DNA of 60,654 bases, counting the filler, from Sphingomonadaceae bacterium (GTDB taxonomy: Bacteria; Chloroflexota; UBA6077): the NCBI GenBank assembly GCA_050261575.1. It is 4 parts of 4 records of this genome, joined end to end, with 100 filler letters (N's around TTAATTAATTAA, not from the genome) between each part and the next. Parts side by side here need not be neighbours in the genome. Positions count along the whole stretch, not along the records: positions 33,217 to 49,984 come from JBLNDL010000069.1; positions 50,085 to 60,654 come from JBLNDL010000074.1; 2 more parts are not named here. One strand, given 5' to 3'. This document shows positions 48,827 to 57,330 of the stretch, one piece after another. Each line of letters starts with the position of its first letter. Position 1 is the first letter of the stretch. The notes beneath the pieces were generated by a model, which saw only the letters and a list, made by a program, of their open reading frames with translations, did no database searches and was not told the DNA's origin. The position numbers were made by a program, and so were the translations under genes.

Positions 48827-49705
48827 ATGCAACAGGTAGAAGAGAAGATCGTCTACTCCGTCACTCGCCAGGACTGGTTGGACAGACTGGCTCAGCAGCT
48901 CCAGCAGGGTATCAACCGGCTCTTCTTCAGCAGCGACACCGCGCACAGGGTGAAGGACTTCCTCAACGGGGTGTGGTTGGCCCACCCCCTCCACCCTGCC
49001 GTGACCGACATCCCCATCGGAGCGTGGACCACGGCTCTGGTGCTGGACGGAGTCGAATCCGCCGCCGGCAAGGGCGTGCGAGGGGCCTCCTCCACGGCCA
49101 TCGGGATCGGCATCGGTGGAGCCATCATGGCGGCGATGAGCGGCATCGCCGACTGGTCCGACACCGGGGACGAGCAGCGCAGGATCGGCTTGATACACGC
49201 GGCGAGCAACAGCACGGCCCTCGGACTGTACACCGCCTCCCTCTGGAAGAGGCTGAGCGGCAGGCCGTCGGGCGCCAGGCTGCTCTCCACCGCGGGCTGG
49301 CTGGCGATGTTCGCTGGCGCATACCTGGGTGGACAGCTCGCCTATCGCCTTGGGACTCAGGTGGACCGCAACGCCTGGACATCGCAGAAGCGGGAGTTCT
49401 ACCCGACGATGCGAGAGGCCGACCTTCCGGCAGAGAGGCCCACCCGCGCGGAGGTTCAAGGCATTCCGGTGATGCTCGTCCGCCACGACAACCAGATCTA
49501 CGCCCTCGGGGATATCTGCTCACACAGGGGTTGCTCCCTCTCTCGGGGGCACCTGATGGGGGACACGATCATCTGCGCCTGCCACGGATCCACCTATCGG
49601 CTGGAGGACGGCACCTCGGTTCACGGCCCGTCCCCATACCCCCAGCCCAGCTATCCAACGAGAGTGCGCGACGGCCAGATCGAGGTGTGCCCCGCGATCG
49701 ACTGA
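48827..49705 (+). CDS. DUF2231-like membrane domain fused to a Rieske 2Fe-2S domain
   Basis: HPLHPAVTDIPIG, G.ADW, H; CSHRGC..CACHGS; AAGGAG RBS. Confidence 0.88.
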   Translation: MQQVEEKIVYSVTRQDWLDRLAQQLQQGINRLFFSSDTAHRVKDFLNGVWLAHPLHPAVTDIPIGAWTTALVLDGVESAAGKGVRGASSTAIGIGIGGAIMAAMSGIADWSDTGDEQRRIGLIHAASNSTALGLYTASLWKRLSGRPSGARLLSTAGWLAMFAGAYLGGQLAYRLGTQVDRNAWTSQKREFYPTMREADLPAERPTRAEVQGIPVMLVRHDNQIYALGDICSHRGCSLSRGHLMGDTIICACHGSTYRLEDGTSVHGPSPYPQPSYPTRVRDGQIEVCPAID

Positions 49706-49868
49706 TACGCGACGCCAGGCCACAACCGGGGGACATCGCCGGCGGGAGAGCCGCCCGTCGCTTGCAGCGGCGGCGAGGCTCCTGCTGTACTGCCGGCTGC
49801 CGAGAGACGAACGGCGCCGATGCGCCGGGGGTTTCCCAGTGGAAGACAGTGCGGGAGTTGGCCCCCCC

Positions 49869-49984
49869 AATCCGTGGATTGACGCTTGGGGCATCACCTG
49901 ATGGGTGAATGGGAAGGGATGGGCCTGGGTGGCGGGAGAGGACAAGTGGCCATCTTCCGGGTAGACTGTGGGCCTCGGGAGGTG
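49869..49984 (+). mobile_element. Second copy of the IS left end, at the contig end
   Basis: 116 bp identical to 16808-16923. Confidence 0.75.
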
Positions 49985-50084
49985 NNNNNNNNNNNNNNNN
50001 NNNNNNNNNNNNNNNNNNNNNNNNNNNNTTAATTAATTAANNNNNNNNNNNNNNNNNNNNNNNNNNNNNNNNNNNNNNNNNNNN
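49985..50084. other. Artificial contig spacer
   Basis: N44-TTAATTAATTAA-N44. Confidence 0.99.
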
Positions 50085-50207
50085 AAGATGAGATCCCCCA
50101 CTGGGCCAACCAGGTAAGGCCGCAGCTAGACCAGCTGCTCGATAGGCCGCATGTGCAAGGCGGGTAACCGCCTCAGCTTAGCGGTACTAATGGCCGAGGA
50201 CTCGACT
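50085..50207 (+). rRNA. rrl: 23S rRNA 3' end (partial)
   Basis: AAGATGAG..GTAAGG..GATAGGC..GGTACTAAT..CCGAGGACT terminal pattern. Confidence 0.9.
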
Positions 50208-50301
50208 GTCTGGTTCACAGGTCGGCAGGATCGAGCCCAATAGCGTTGGAAACCACAATCAGATCTTGAGATGCTTGTTGGCCCGTGACTGGCTCCTAGG
50301 G

Positions 50302-50330
50302 TTGCGCAGCGAACGCCGGTGTGATATACT
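50302..50330 (+). promoter_or_regulatory. Promoter in the 23S-5S spacer
   Basis: TTGCGC-N17-TATACT with TG extension. Confidence 0.6.
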
Positions 50331-50359
50331 CTAGTTGTCAGTCACGAGTCAGCGAGCGG

Positions 50360-50477
50360 TCCTGGTGTCGTGAGCGAGGTGGAACCACCCGTTCCCATCC
50401 CGAACACGGCAGTGAAACGCCTCAGCGCCGACGGTACTGTGAGGGCAACCTTACGGGAGAATAGGTCGATGCCAGGA
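50360..50477 (+). rRNA. rrf: 5S rRNA
   Basis: CACCCGTTCCCATCCCGAACAC..GTGAAAC..GCCGACGGTACT..GGGAGAATAGG; ends pair. Confidence 0.96.
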
Positions 50478-50543
50478 CCACTCAAGAATCGTCCTATGCG
50501 CTTGCGTAGGCAGCTACGCTGCTCCCGTGGGAGTGGCGCTTGA

Positions 50544-50618
50544 CGCGGGATGGAGCAGTGGCAGCTCGTCGGGCTCATAACCCGAAGGTCGTTGGTTCGA
50601 ATCCAACTCCCGCTACCA
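50544..50618 (+). tRNA. Initiator tRNA-fMet(CAT)
   Basis: C1 mismatch, GGG/CCC anticodon stem, CTCATAA loop, encoded CCA. Confidence 0.96.
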
Positions 50619-50622
50619 TAGT

Positions 50623-50652
50623 GGCCAGCGCCGAAAGACGCTGGCTTTTTTT
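50623..50652 (+). terminator. Intrinsic terminator between the two tRNAs
   Basis: GCCAGCG..CGCTGGC followed by a T7 run. Confidence 0.7.
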
Positions 50653-50654
50653 CT

Positions 50655-50728
50655 GCCCCCATCGTCTAGAGGCCTAGGACGCCACCCTTTCAAGGTGGAG
50701 ATCAGGGGTTCGAATCCCCTTGGGGGTA
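50655..50728 (+). tRNA. tRNA-Glu(TTC), no encoded CCA (followed by CCG)
   Basis: CCACC-CTTTCAA-GGTGG anticodon arm, GGTTCGAATC T-loop. Confidence 0.95.
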
Positions 50729-50925
50729 CCGTAGCATAGCCCGCCGATCGGGCGGGAAATCAGCGAAAAGCGCGGTTGGTAGACACAATTCCAGCCGCGC
50801 TTTGTCGTTGTAGAGGATCACACGCCTCACCACCCCCTGGAGCACTGGCCTCACCCTCTCGGAATCTCCAGAGGCGAGCGCCTCCTTCAGATGGCGCGCC
50901 GCCGCCCTGAGGCCGTCCCGGCTGA
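50702..50925 (-). pseudogene. C-terminal remnant of a large serine recombinase whose stop codon lies inside tRNA-Glu
   Basis: ..R..L..VVRRVIL....RLEL..YPQGDSNP*; the last codons are the antisense of the tRNA T-arm. Confidence 0.6.
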
Positions 50926-50952
50926 GCCGGACGGGTCGGCGGTGCGGCGGAC

Positions 50953-51291
50953 GTGGCCAAGCTGAACAGGGATGCGGAGCGGCGGTTCCGGGGGCAGGGG
51001 AACCAGGCCGGTAGACGGCGGATGACCGCCGACGCGAGCCTCCGGCAGGGGAAGCCCCCGCGGGGGTTGCTGCTGAGCACCGGGGAGGACTCTCCCAGGG
51101 GCCAATCCCTCCGGGCGCGACTCCTGATCCTGGAGCTAGATCCTGGGGACATCGACTGGGCCCGGGTCGGCATCTGCCAGAGCCACGCCGCCGATGGAGT
51201 CTACGCCAGGTCGCTGGCCGGTGACGACTGGGAACAGTTGTTGAACGCGATCGCCGCCGCGCCACAGCGAGAGTTGGCGGGGGTGAGGTAG
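50953..51291 (+). pseudogene. Internal fragment of a mobile-element helicase/primase (DUF927-like)
   Basis: GRRRM.AD.SLR...PPRGLLLSTGED.P.GQSLRAR. Confidence 0.55.
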
Positions 51292-51378
51292 ATGGCCGAC
51301 AGAACAGCTATCGAATGGACCGACGCCGCGCGGAACCCTGTGACGGGCTGCACGCCCTCTGCCAGGGGCGAAAGGTGA
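51292..51378 (+). pseudogene. N-terminal remnant of phage gp37/gp68 (DUF5131)
   Basis: MADRTAIEWTDAARNPVTGCT then a premature stop. Confidence 0.7.
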
Positions 51379-51460
51379 GCTGGTCCTTGATCCGCGGCCA
51401 CAACGGCCACCCGCAGAACCAGCGGTGCGACGCCATAGCCGTGGCAGCCGCGCGGGCGCC
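51357..51460 (+). pseudogene. C-terminal remnant of RNase HI
   Basis: VSWSLIRGHNGHPQNQRCDAIAVAAA. Confidence 0.6.
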
Positions 51461-51638
51461 GAGCAGCAGTGCAGGTTGCGAATGTTTACACTGCCCCTCG
51501 CTCCAGAGACGAGAGAGTAGGCGCGCCGGGCCCCTACTGAAGCTTGGGGAAACCGCCGATACCTCTCTGTGAGAGCGATCGGCGACAGCGGCACGCGGAT
51601 TGCCCGGAGATCGACGCGATGTTCTACACGTGTGCTAG

Positions 51639-51667
51639 TTGACAACGTATGAGGCAGATGCTAACTT
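51639..51667 (+). promoter_or_regulatory. Promoter of the hicBA-like pair
   Basis: TTGACA-N17-TAACTT with TG extension. Confidence 0.6.
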
Positions 51668-51715
51668 TTTGGCATCGCTGACGAGTGTCCCCCCGATTGC
51701 ATCAGGAGACGAGCG

Positions 51716-52066
51716 ATGAAACGCCCGCAGAACCAGCCCCGAGCTTTGCGCTGCTACGCTTACCCCAAGGGAAACCTCATCTATGCCGAGTGCATCGACC
51801 TGGCGATCATGGTAGCCAGACCGACGATGGCAGAGGCAAAGAGAGCCCTCAACGACGCAGTTCGGGGAAGCGTTGAGGCGGCCGCCGAGCATGGCTTCCT
51901 GGATGATCTCCTGAAGCGAAAGTCCCCCTGGCAGAGCCGGCTGCACTACCACTGGATCGGGCTCCTGATTCGGCTAGACCGTGTCTTGAGACGAACCGAG
52001 GTTCAAGGCGGGTTGCAGCCCATCAGGTTTAGAGCGACCTGTCCCGCTTGCGCAGCTTGTGCCTAG
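51716..52066 (+). CDS. HicB-like antitoxin
   Basis: YAECIDLAIMVARPTMAEAKRALNDAV; overlaps the hicA-like start. Confidence 0.65.
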   Translation: MKRPQNQPRALRCYAYPKGNLIYAECIDLAIMVARPTMAEAKRALNDAVRGSVEAAAEHGFLDDLLKRKSPWQSRLHYHWIGLLIRLDRVLRRTEVQGGLQPIRFRATCPACAACA

Positions 52067-52328
52067 AAGTCTGCCCCCTCTGACACCTGACGAAGTGGAG
52101 TCGATTCTCCTCTCGCAGGGGTTCTTCCTTGACCGGAGGCGTGGTTCCCACCACATCTACGTCGGCTCCTGGAACGGGATCAAGCGCTCCGTCCCGGTGG
52201 ACAAGGGCCTCCCGATCTACAACGACCCCAAGATGATCAAGTATCTCCTTATCGAGTCGGGGATGAGTCGAGAGGAGTTCCACGGGGCCACGGCCAAGAC
52301 GGCCAAGAAGATCGGCCTCCGGAAGTGA
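52059..52328 (+). CDS. hicA: HicA-family toxin
   Basis: LPPLT..EV..IL...GF...RRRGSH..Y; ..ESGMSREEF. Confidence 0.82.
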   Translation: MPRSLPPLTPDEVESILLSQGFFLDRRRGSHHIYVGSWNGIKRSVPVDKGLPIYNDPKMIKYLLIESGMSREEFHGATAKTAKKIGLRK

Positions 52329-52429
52329 GCAAAGAGTGGCTGCATCCTCTACCCTCTCCTTCCGGAAGTCCTCTCACGGTGACCGGGGCGCCCGTAGCAG
52401 TTGCGAGCTCCCTGGTCCGTCGACGGCGG

Positions 52430-52741
52430 TCATGGCTTACCCACCCCTAAACCGACGTGTGCCAGCAGGGTGCCGACGATGGCCACGATGGAGCCGCGGA
52501 AGCCGTTGGTGCGGGCGGACACCGCGTCCCGCAGGTCGCCCAGGTCGCCCTCCAGGTTCTGTACTCGCGGCTCCAGCCCCATCAGCAGGTCGTGATCCCG
52601 GTTGAAGGCCGCCCAGAGTCTATCCATCTTCTCCCGCTGCAGGACGTTGTTCTGTTCCACCGCCGCGGTGAGGCGCTCTAGGCGGTCCTTGACGATGGCC
52701 AGGGTTACCTCGGTTACCTCTTCGCTTCCAGGAGGAGCCAC
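52430..52741 (-). CDS. Phage-like coiled-coil protein with C-terminal TM (XhlA/holin-like)
   Basis: GGAGGAGG RBS; heptad region RVQNLE..L.DLR; hydrophobic C-terminus. Confidence 0.5.
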   Translation of the reverse strand: MAPPGSEEVTEVTLAIVKDRLERLTAAVEQNNVLQREKMDRLWAAFNRDHDLLMGLEPRVQNLEGDLGDLRDAVSARTNGFRGSIVAIVGTLLAHVGLGVGKP

Positions 52742-52817
52742 GGAGACACCTCCTCCGTGAGCGTCGCCGGCGGCCAGCCGGGGCAGGGGAGGGCATCGAC
52801 CTCCCCTGTTCCGTTGT

Positions 52818-55604
52818 CTAGCGGGTTTCGTCTGGGGCAACCACCCAGCGGTAGTAGCTGTCCACCACACCACGGCGCAACAACCGCTCGGCATCCGCCG
52901 CTCGCCGCGAGAGGTGTGGGGTGCGGGAGTGGACGGATGCCTGCGCAATCTGGCGGCAGAGGTCGATCGTCTTCTGCAGGGCGAACACGATGTCCCCCTC
53001 GGCGAGCCCCGAGCGAGCGGTCAGTTCGGCGAGGCCGGTGCCGGTTGCCCACGCGAGGGCCACTCCACGAAACTCCTGAGGGAGCGGGTGGGAGAGCGCC
53101 AGGCCGTAGCGACGCTCGGCCTCCAGCACCTGTGACGCTGCCGCCTCTGCGGCGGCTCGCACCCTGGCCAGGCGTTGAGTGATGGCTAGCGGGTGCCCAC
53201 TCCCATCCTTGTCGAAGGCGAACCAGGAGGCCACCTCTGCCAGCTCCGGTGCTGAGAGGTCGCCGAGCACGTCCCAATCCAGCATCTCCGCCAGGACGAG
53301 GGCGTTGGAGTCGAAGATCCGCATCAGCACGGCGGCTTTACGGGTGGGCCGGCCCTCGGCCAGGTAGCCGAAGCTCTCCAGCACCGCGCGCAGCGAGCGC
53401 GCGGTGCGGTGCGCCCTTCGGCCGACCTCCTTCCCGGCCTGTACTAGCTCCCGGTCGAGGGCGACCAGGAGACCGGAGTAATGGCGGCGTTCCCTCTCAG
53501 TGCGTCGGTGTTGAGGCCGGTAGGGGCAGGCTCTGTAGGGGTTCTGCGCCAGGGCGAGGTTGGCCTCCCGCCGCCGTGCCGCCGACGCCGCGATCCGTTC
53601 GTCCAGCCCCCGGAGGACCTCCGCAGCGTCGGCTCTCGCCGAGGCCCTCGCCTCACGCGCCCAGGCAGCCATGTCCGGAAGAGCCAGTTGCCGGAGCGCC
53701 TCCTCCAGGGCCGCGATCTCGCGCTCGTCGGCTCCCTCCGCCACCCCATCGATGAGGTGTGCCCGGCGAGCCACAGAGTCTGGCAGATCCAGGGTCACTG
53801 GGGGCTCTGGGAGGTAGTCCAGCTCGGCGTAGGTGGCGATGGGCGCTATCCTCCCTTGGACGAAGAAGGAGCCGATCCCCTCGCGGCTGGGTCCCAGGTA
53901 GGCCATCCAGCCGTGCAGACGGGAGTAGGCGACGGCGCCCGGCGCCGCGTCTCGCATCCACTGCTTCCGCTGGTTCCTGCTGTACTGGAATGGCCAGGCG
54001 TCGATCCGTTCCTCCAGGCTCGCCTTCTCGCGGAGGGCGGTTTCCAAGGACGCCGCCGCCCGCTCCTGCTCTCGCTTCAGCCTTTTCTCCTCCTCCTGCC
54101 TTTGGGCCGGATCCCCACACACGGGGCAACGGGACGGGAGTTCGGCGAGAGCGCGGGCGATCCGCTCTCGCTCCTCCGCCAGCTCTCGCAGCTTGCCCCC
54201 TTCCTGGAACTGCCGGAGGCTGCCCGCAATCAGTTTGGCAAGCCGGTCATCGTCACCCCCTTGCTGAAGCAGATTCAGCACGGTTCCATAGCCCGGGCGA
54301 AAGGCGCTCTCGAGCGGAGCTACCTCGCCGGTCGCCGTCTCCAGTGCCCGGTCGATCCCGACCCACGGCGAATCGAGGAGGATGGAGTAGCCCACGGGAT
54401 CCATGCCGCGCCGGCCGGCCCGCCCAGTGAGCTGCCGGTACTCGCCCGGTGAGAGGGGGCGGCGGACCTGCCCATCGAACTTCGTCATCTCACCTACCAC
54501 CACCGACCTGGCGGGGACGTTGATGCCCAGGGCCAGGGTGTCCGTGGCGAAGACTACCTTGAGCTTTCCCGCGGCCAGAAGCTCCTCCACGAGGGTCTTG
54601 AGGGGCGGCAGCATGCCGGCGTGGTGGAAGCCGATGCCTTTGGGGAGAAGGGCTGCGAGCCTCGCCACCTGCTCCAGAGTCTGATCCTCCGGCGGTAGGC
54701 CCGCCAGCCTTTCACTGACGGCGCCTCGCAGCTCGGCGGAGTCCCGATACGGGAGGAGGTTCAGCGGCAGGCAGCATTCGGCCGCCTCCTCCACCGCCTT
54801 TCGGCTGAAGAGAAAGTAGATCGCGGGGAGCAGGTCGGCATCGGCGAGCGTCCTTACCACCTCTGGTGGGTGGGGAGGCAGAAGCTCGTCGGGGTCGCCG
54901 TGACCGTCGCTGCGGTGGCCGGGGCCGTTCCTCTTGCCATTCGGCAGCTCGCGACGGGGCAGCGCCGGCCGCTGGTCGTCCTCCAGCACCGGGCAGAGGG
55001 ATCCCTCCAGGTAGTAGCGATGCTTCAATGGCACCGATCGATCTAAGGACTCGATGAGCGCTACATCCCTGCCCGTGGTCCGGATCCACTCCGCGATCTC
55101 GGCGGCATTGGCGACGGTGGCGGAGAGGCAGACCAGCGGCACGTAAGGGGGTGCGAGCAGGATGCTCTCCTCCCAAGCGGTTCCCCGCTCTGGATCCGCG
55201 AGGTAGTGGACCTCGTCGAAGACCAGGCAGCCCACATCCTGGAACGAGTTGGGGTCCTGGACGAGCATGTTCCTGGCGACCTCCGTGGTCATGACCAGCA
55301 GCCGGCCTCCGGGGTTCTCCACGAGGTCGCCGGTGAGAAGACCCACACGGTCCCCATACTGGACCCGAAAGTCGCGGAACTTCTGGTTGGAGAGCGCTTT
55401 GATTGGGGTGGTATAGAGGGCGCGGAGCCCACGGCTCAACGCCATGTGGACGGCGAACTCGGCCACGACGGTCTTGCCGGTGCCCGTGGGCGCGGCGACG
55501 AGCACGGACCGGCCGTCCGACAGGGCTCGGACGGCATCCATCTGGAAAGGATCCAGGCGGAAAGGCAGGCTGGAGAGGTACTGCTCGAGTCGATCGGTAG
55601 TCAT
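52818..55604 (-). CDS. Ski2/HelY-like DExH RNA helicase
   Basis: APTGTGKT, PIKALSNQK, DEVH, SAT, HHAG, GRAGRRGMD; DSHCT-like C-terminus (WA.G..L..EGD). Confidence 0.92.
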   Translation of the reverse strand: MTTDRLEQYLSSLPFRLDPFQMDAVRALSDGRSVLVAAPTGTGKTVVAEFAVHMALSRGLRALYTTPIKALSNQKFRDFRVQYGDRVGLLTGDLVENPGGRLLVMTTEVARNMLVQDPNSFQDVGCLVFDEVHYLADPERGTAWEESILLAPPYVPLVCLSATVANAAEIAEWIRTTGRDVALIESLDRSVPLKHRYYLEGSLCPVLEDDQRPALPRRELPNGKRNGPGHRSDGHGDPDELLPPHPPEVVRTLADADLLPAIYFLFSRKAVEEAAECCLPLNLLPYRDSAELRGAVSERLAGLPPEDQTLEQVARLAALLPKGIGFHHAGMLPPLKTLVEELLAAGKLKVVFATDTLALGINVPARSVVVGEMTKFDGQVRRPLSPGEYRQLTGRAGRRGMDPVGYSILLDSPWVGIDRALETATGEVAPLESAFRPGYGTVLNLLQQGGDDDRLAKLIAGSLRQFQEGGKLRELAEERERIARALAELPSRCPVCGDPAQRQEEEKRLKREQERAAASLETALREKASLEERIDAWPFQYSRNQRKQWMRDAAPGAVAYSRLHGWMAYLGPSREGIGSFFVQGRIAPIATYAELDYLPEPPVTLDLPDSVARRAHLIDGVAEGADEREIAALEEALRQLALPDMAAWAREARASARADAAEVLRGLDERIAASAARRREANLALAQNPYRACPYRPQHRRTERERRHYSGLLVALDRELVQAGKEVGRRAHRTARSLRAVLESFGYLAEGRPTRKAAVLMRIFDSNALVLAEMLDWDVLGDLSAPELAEVASWFAFDKDGSGHPLAITQRLARVRAAAEAAASQVLEAERRYGLALSHPLPQEFRGVALAWATGTGLAELTARSGLAEGDIVFALQKTIDLCRQIAQASVHSRTPHLSRRAADAERLLRRGVVDSYYRWVVAPDETR

Positions 55605-55740
55605 GCGGCAATTATAGCAGCGGCGCTGCGCCTTCCAGAAAGCGGGCATAGCTCTTGCCCCCTCGCTCGGCCACCGGGCCGCGGACTCTGCTGCCTCTGC
55701 GGCCCGGACTGGATTACTGTGGAAAGGGTGGAGGATTCCG

Positions 55741-56025
55741 ATGTCTCAGGCAGATTGGGAGTCCGTGTCCAGAGAGTTGCAGAAGGAGTGGGAGGAGACG
55801 CCGCTCAGCCACAGCCGCCCCTGGGAGGAGATCAGGGACGATGTGCGCTTCGGGTGGATCCAGGCGATGCGGCCCGAGTTCGAGGGCGCCGAGTGGGACG
55901 ACGTGCGGGACATCCTGCAGGATCGGTGGGAGGCGAGCTATCCCCACCCCGGCTACGAGGATTGGCGGGCGGTAGAAGACGCAGTCAAGCTGGGGTTCAC
56001 TCGCGCCAAGGAGCAGGTGAGTTAG
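55741..56025 (+). CDS. Hypothetical acidic Trp-rich two-repeat protein
   Basis: GGAGG RBS; W..V...L...WE / W..(I/V)...V..G repeated twice. Confidence 0.7.
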   Translation: MSQADWESVSRELQKEWEETPLSHSRPWEEIRDDVRFGWIQAMRPEFEGAEWDDVRDILQDRWEASYPHPGYEDWRAVEDAVKLGFTRAKEQVS

Positions 56026-56030
56026 CGCCA

Positions 56031-57227
56031 CTACACCAGTCTGAGGCCGAGGATCCTCCCGACCTCCCGCAGGAGGGTGCGGGCGGGTGCGGCGGAGGGA
56101 CCTCGGCCCTGTCTTCTCACGATCCTCTGGGCAAGCTCTTTCAGGACTCTGATGGCTCTCGGAGTGTCCATGTCGTCGTCCATGGCGTCCAGGAAGGCGG
56201 CTCCCTCCTCCAGTTGGTCGACGCGGAGCGGAAGCGCTGCCCTTTCCCCCCGGGCTGCCTCGACCAGCAGGGCGGCATCGCGCGCGGCCTGCTCCATCTC
56301 CGCCTGGTCGTACTCCCACGGTTCGGTGTGGTGGTGGCCGAGCAGGAGCAGCCGCACGGCATCCGAACTGTAGCTGTCCAGAAGCTCGCGGACCATCACC
56401 AGGTTGCCGAGCGACTTGCTCATCTTCTTGCCGTTCAGATAGACCATCGCCGTGTGAACCCAGTACCTGGCGAAAGGATGCTTGCCGCTGTAGTTCTCCG
56501 ATTGGACGATCTCACTCTCGTGATGGGGGAACACCAGGTCGTATCCCCCTCCGTGGATGTCGATGGTGTCACCCAGGTAGTGGGTCGCCATCGCGCTGCA
56601 CTCCAGGTGCCAGCCGGGCCTCCCCATCCCCCAGGGGCTATCCCACCGAGGCTCGTCGGGGGCAGAGTGCTGCCACAGGACGAAATCCAGCGGGTCTCGC
56701 TTCAGTGGGTCGTTCGGATCGTTTCCCCGCTCGTTGGCTATCGGCAGCATCTCGGCCCTGGACAGGTGGCTCAGTTGGCCGTATGAGGGGTCGCGCCGCA
56801 CGTGGAAGTAGACGCTTCCGCCGGACCGATAGGCGTAGCCCTTCTTCAAGAGGACTTTGGCCATCTCGATCATCTTCGAGATCTCCTCGCTGGCCTTGGG
56901 GAAGACATCCGGGGGGAGCACGTTGAGCGCTGCCATGTCCTCCTGGTAGTGTTGGATCCCTCGGACGGCGAGTCGATCCCACGGAATACTCAACTCTCGG
57001 GCCTTCCTCAGAATGTCGTCGTCCACGTCGGTGACGTTTTGCACGTAGCGGGTGCCGTGGCCAAGGTAGCGGAGGTAGCGCACCAGGACGTCGTAGAAGA
57101 CGTATGTGAAGGCGTGCCCTAAGTGGGTGGTATCGTAGGGCGTTATGCCGCAGACGTAGAGGGTTACTGGTTCGCTGCTCGGGACGAAGGGCTCCTTGCG
57201 CAGAGTCATCGTGTCGTACAGCAGCAC
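56031..57227 (-). CDS. Cysteinyl-tRNA synthetase paralog, MshC-like (no anticodon-binding domain)
   Basis: CGITPYDTTHLGH, QNVTDVDD, GRPGWHLEC, FPHHE, KMSKSLGN; 398 aa. Confidence 0.8.
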   Translation of the reverse strand: MLLYDTMTLRKEPFVPSSEPVTLYVCGITPYDTTHLGHAFTYVFYDVLVRYLRYLGHGTRYVQNVTDVDDDILRKARELSIPWDRLAVRGIQHYQEDMAALNVLPPDVFPKASEEISKMIEMAKVLLKKGYAYRSGGSVYFHVRRDPSYGQLSHLSRAEMLPIANERGNDPNDPLKRDPLDFVLWQHSAPDEPRWDSPWGMGRPGWHLECSAMATHYLGDTIDIHGGGYDLVFPHHESEIVQSENYSGKHPFARYWVHTAMVYLNGKKMSKSLGNLVMVRELLDSYSSDAVRLLLLGHHHTEPWEYDQAEMEQAARDAALLVEAARGERAALPLRVDQLEEGAAFLDAMDDDMDTPRAIRVLKELAQRIVRRQGRGPSAAPARTLLREVGRILGLRLV

Positions 57228-57330
57228 GGTTCTCTCGTTTCTCCCGTGGATCTGAGTAGGCCGACGGCAGCCACGGACGAACCTTGCATAGGCCATACCG
57301 AGGGGGGTGGTGCGCCTCGCCCGCGCCGGT

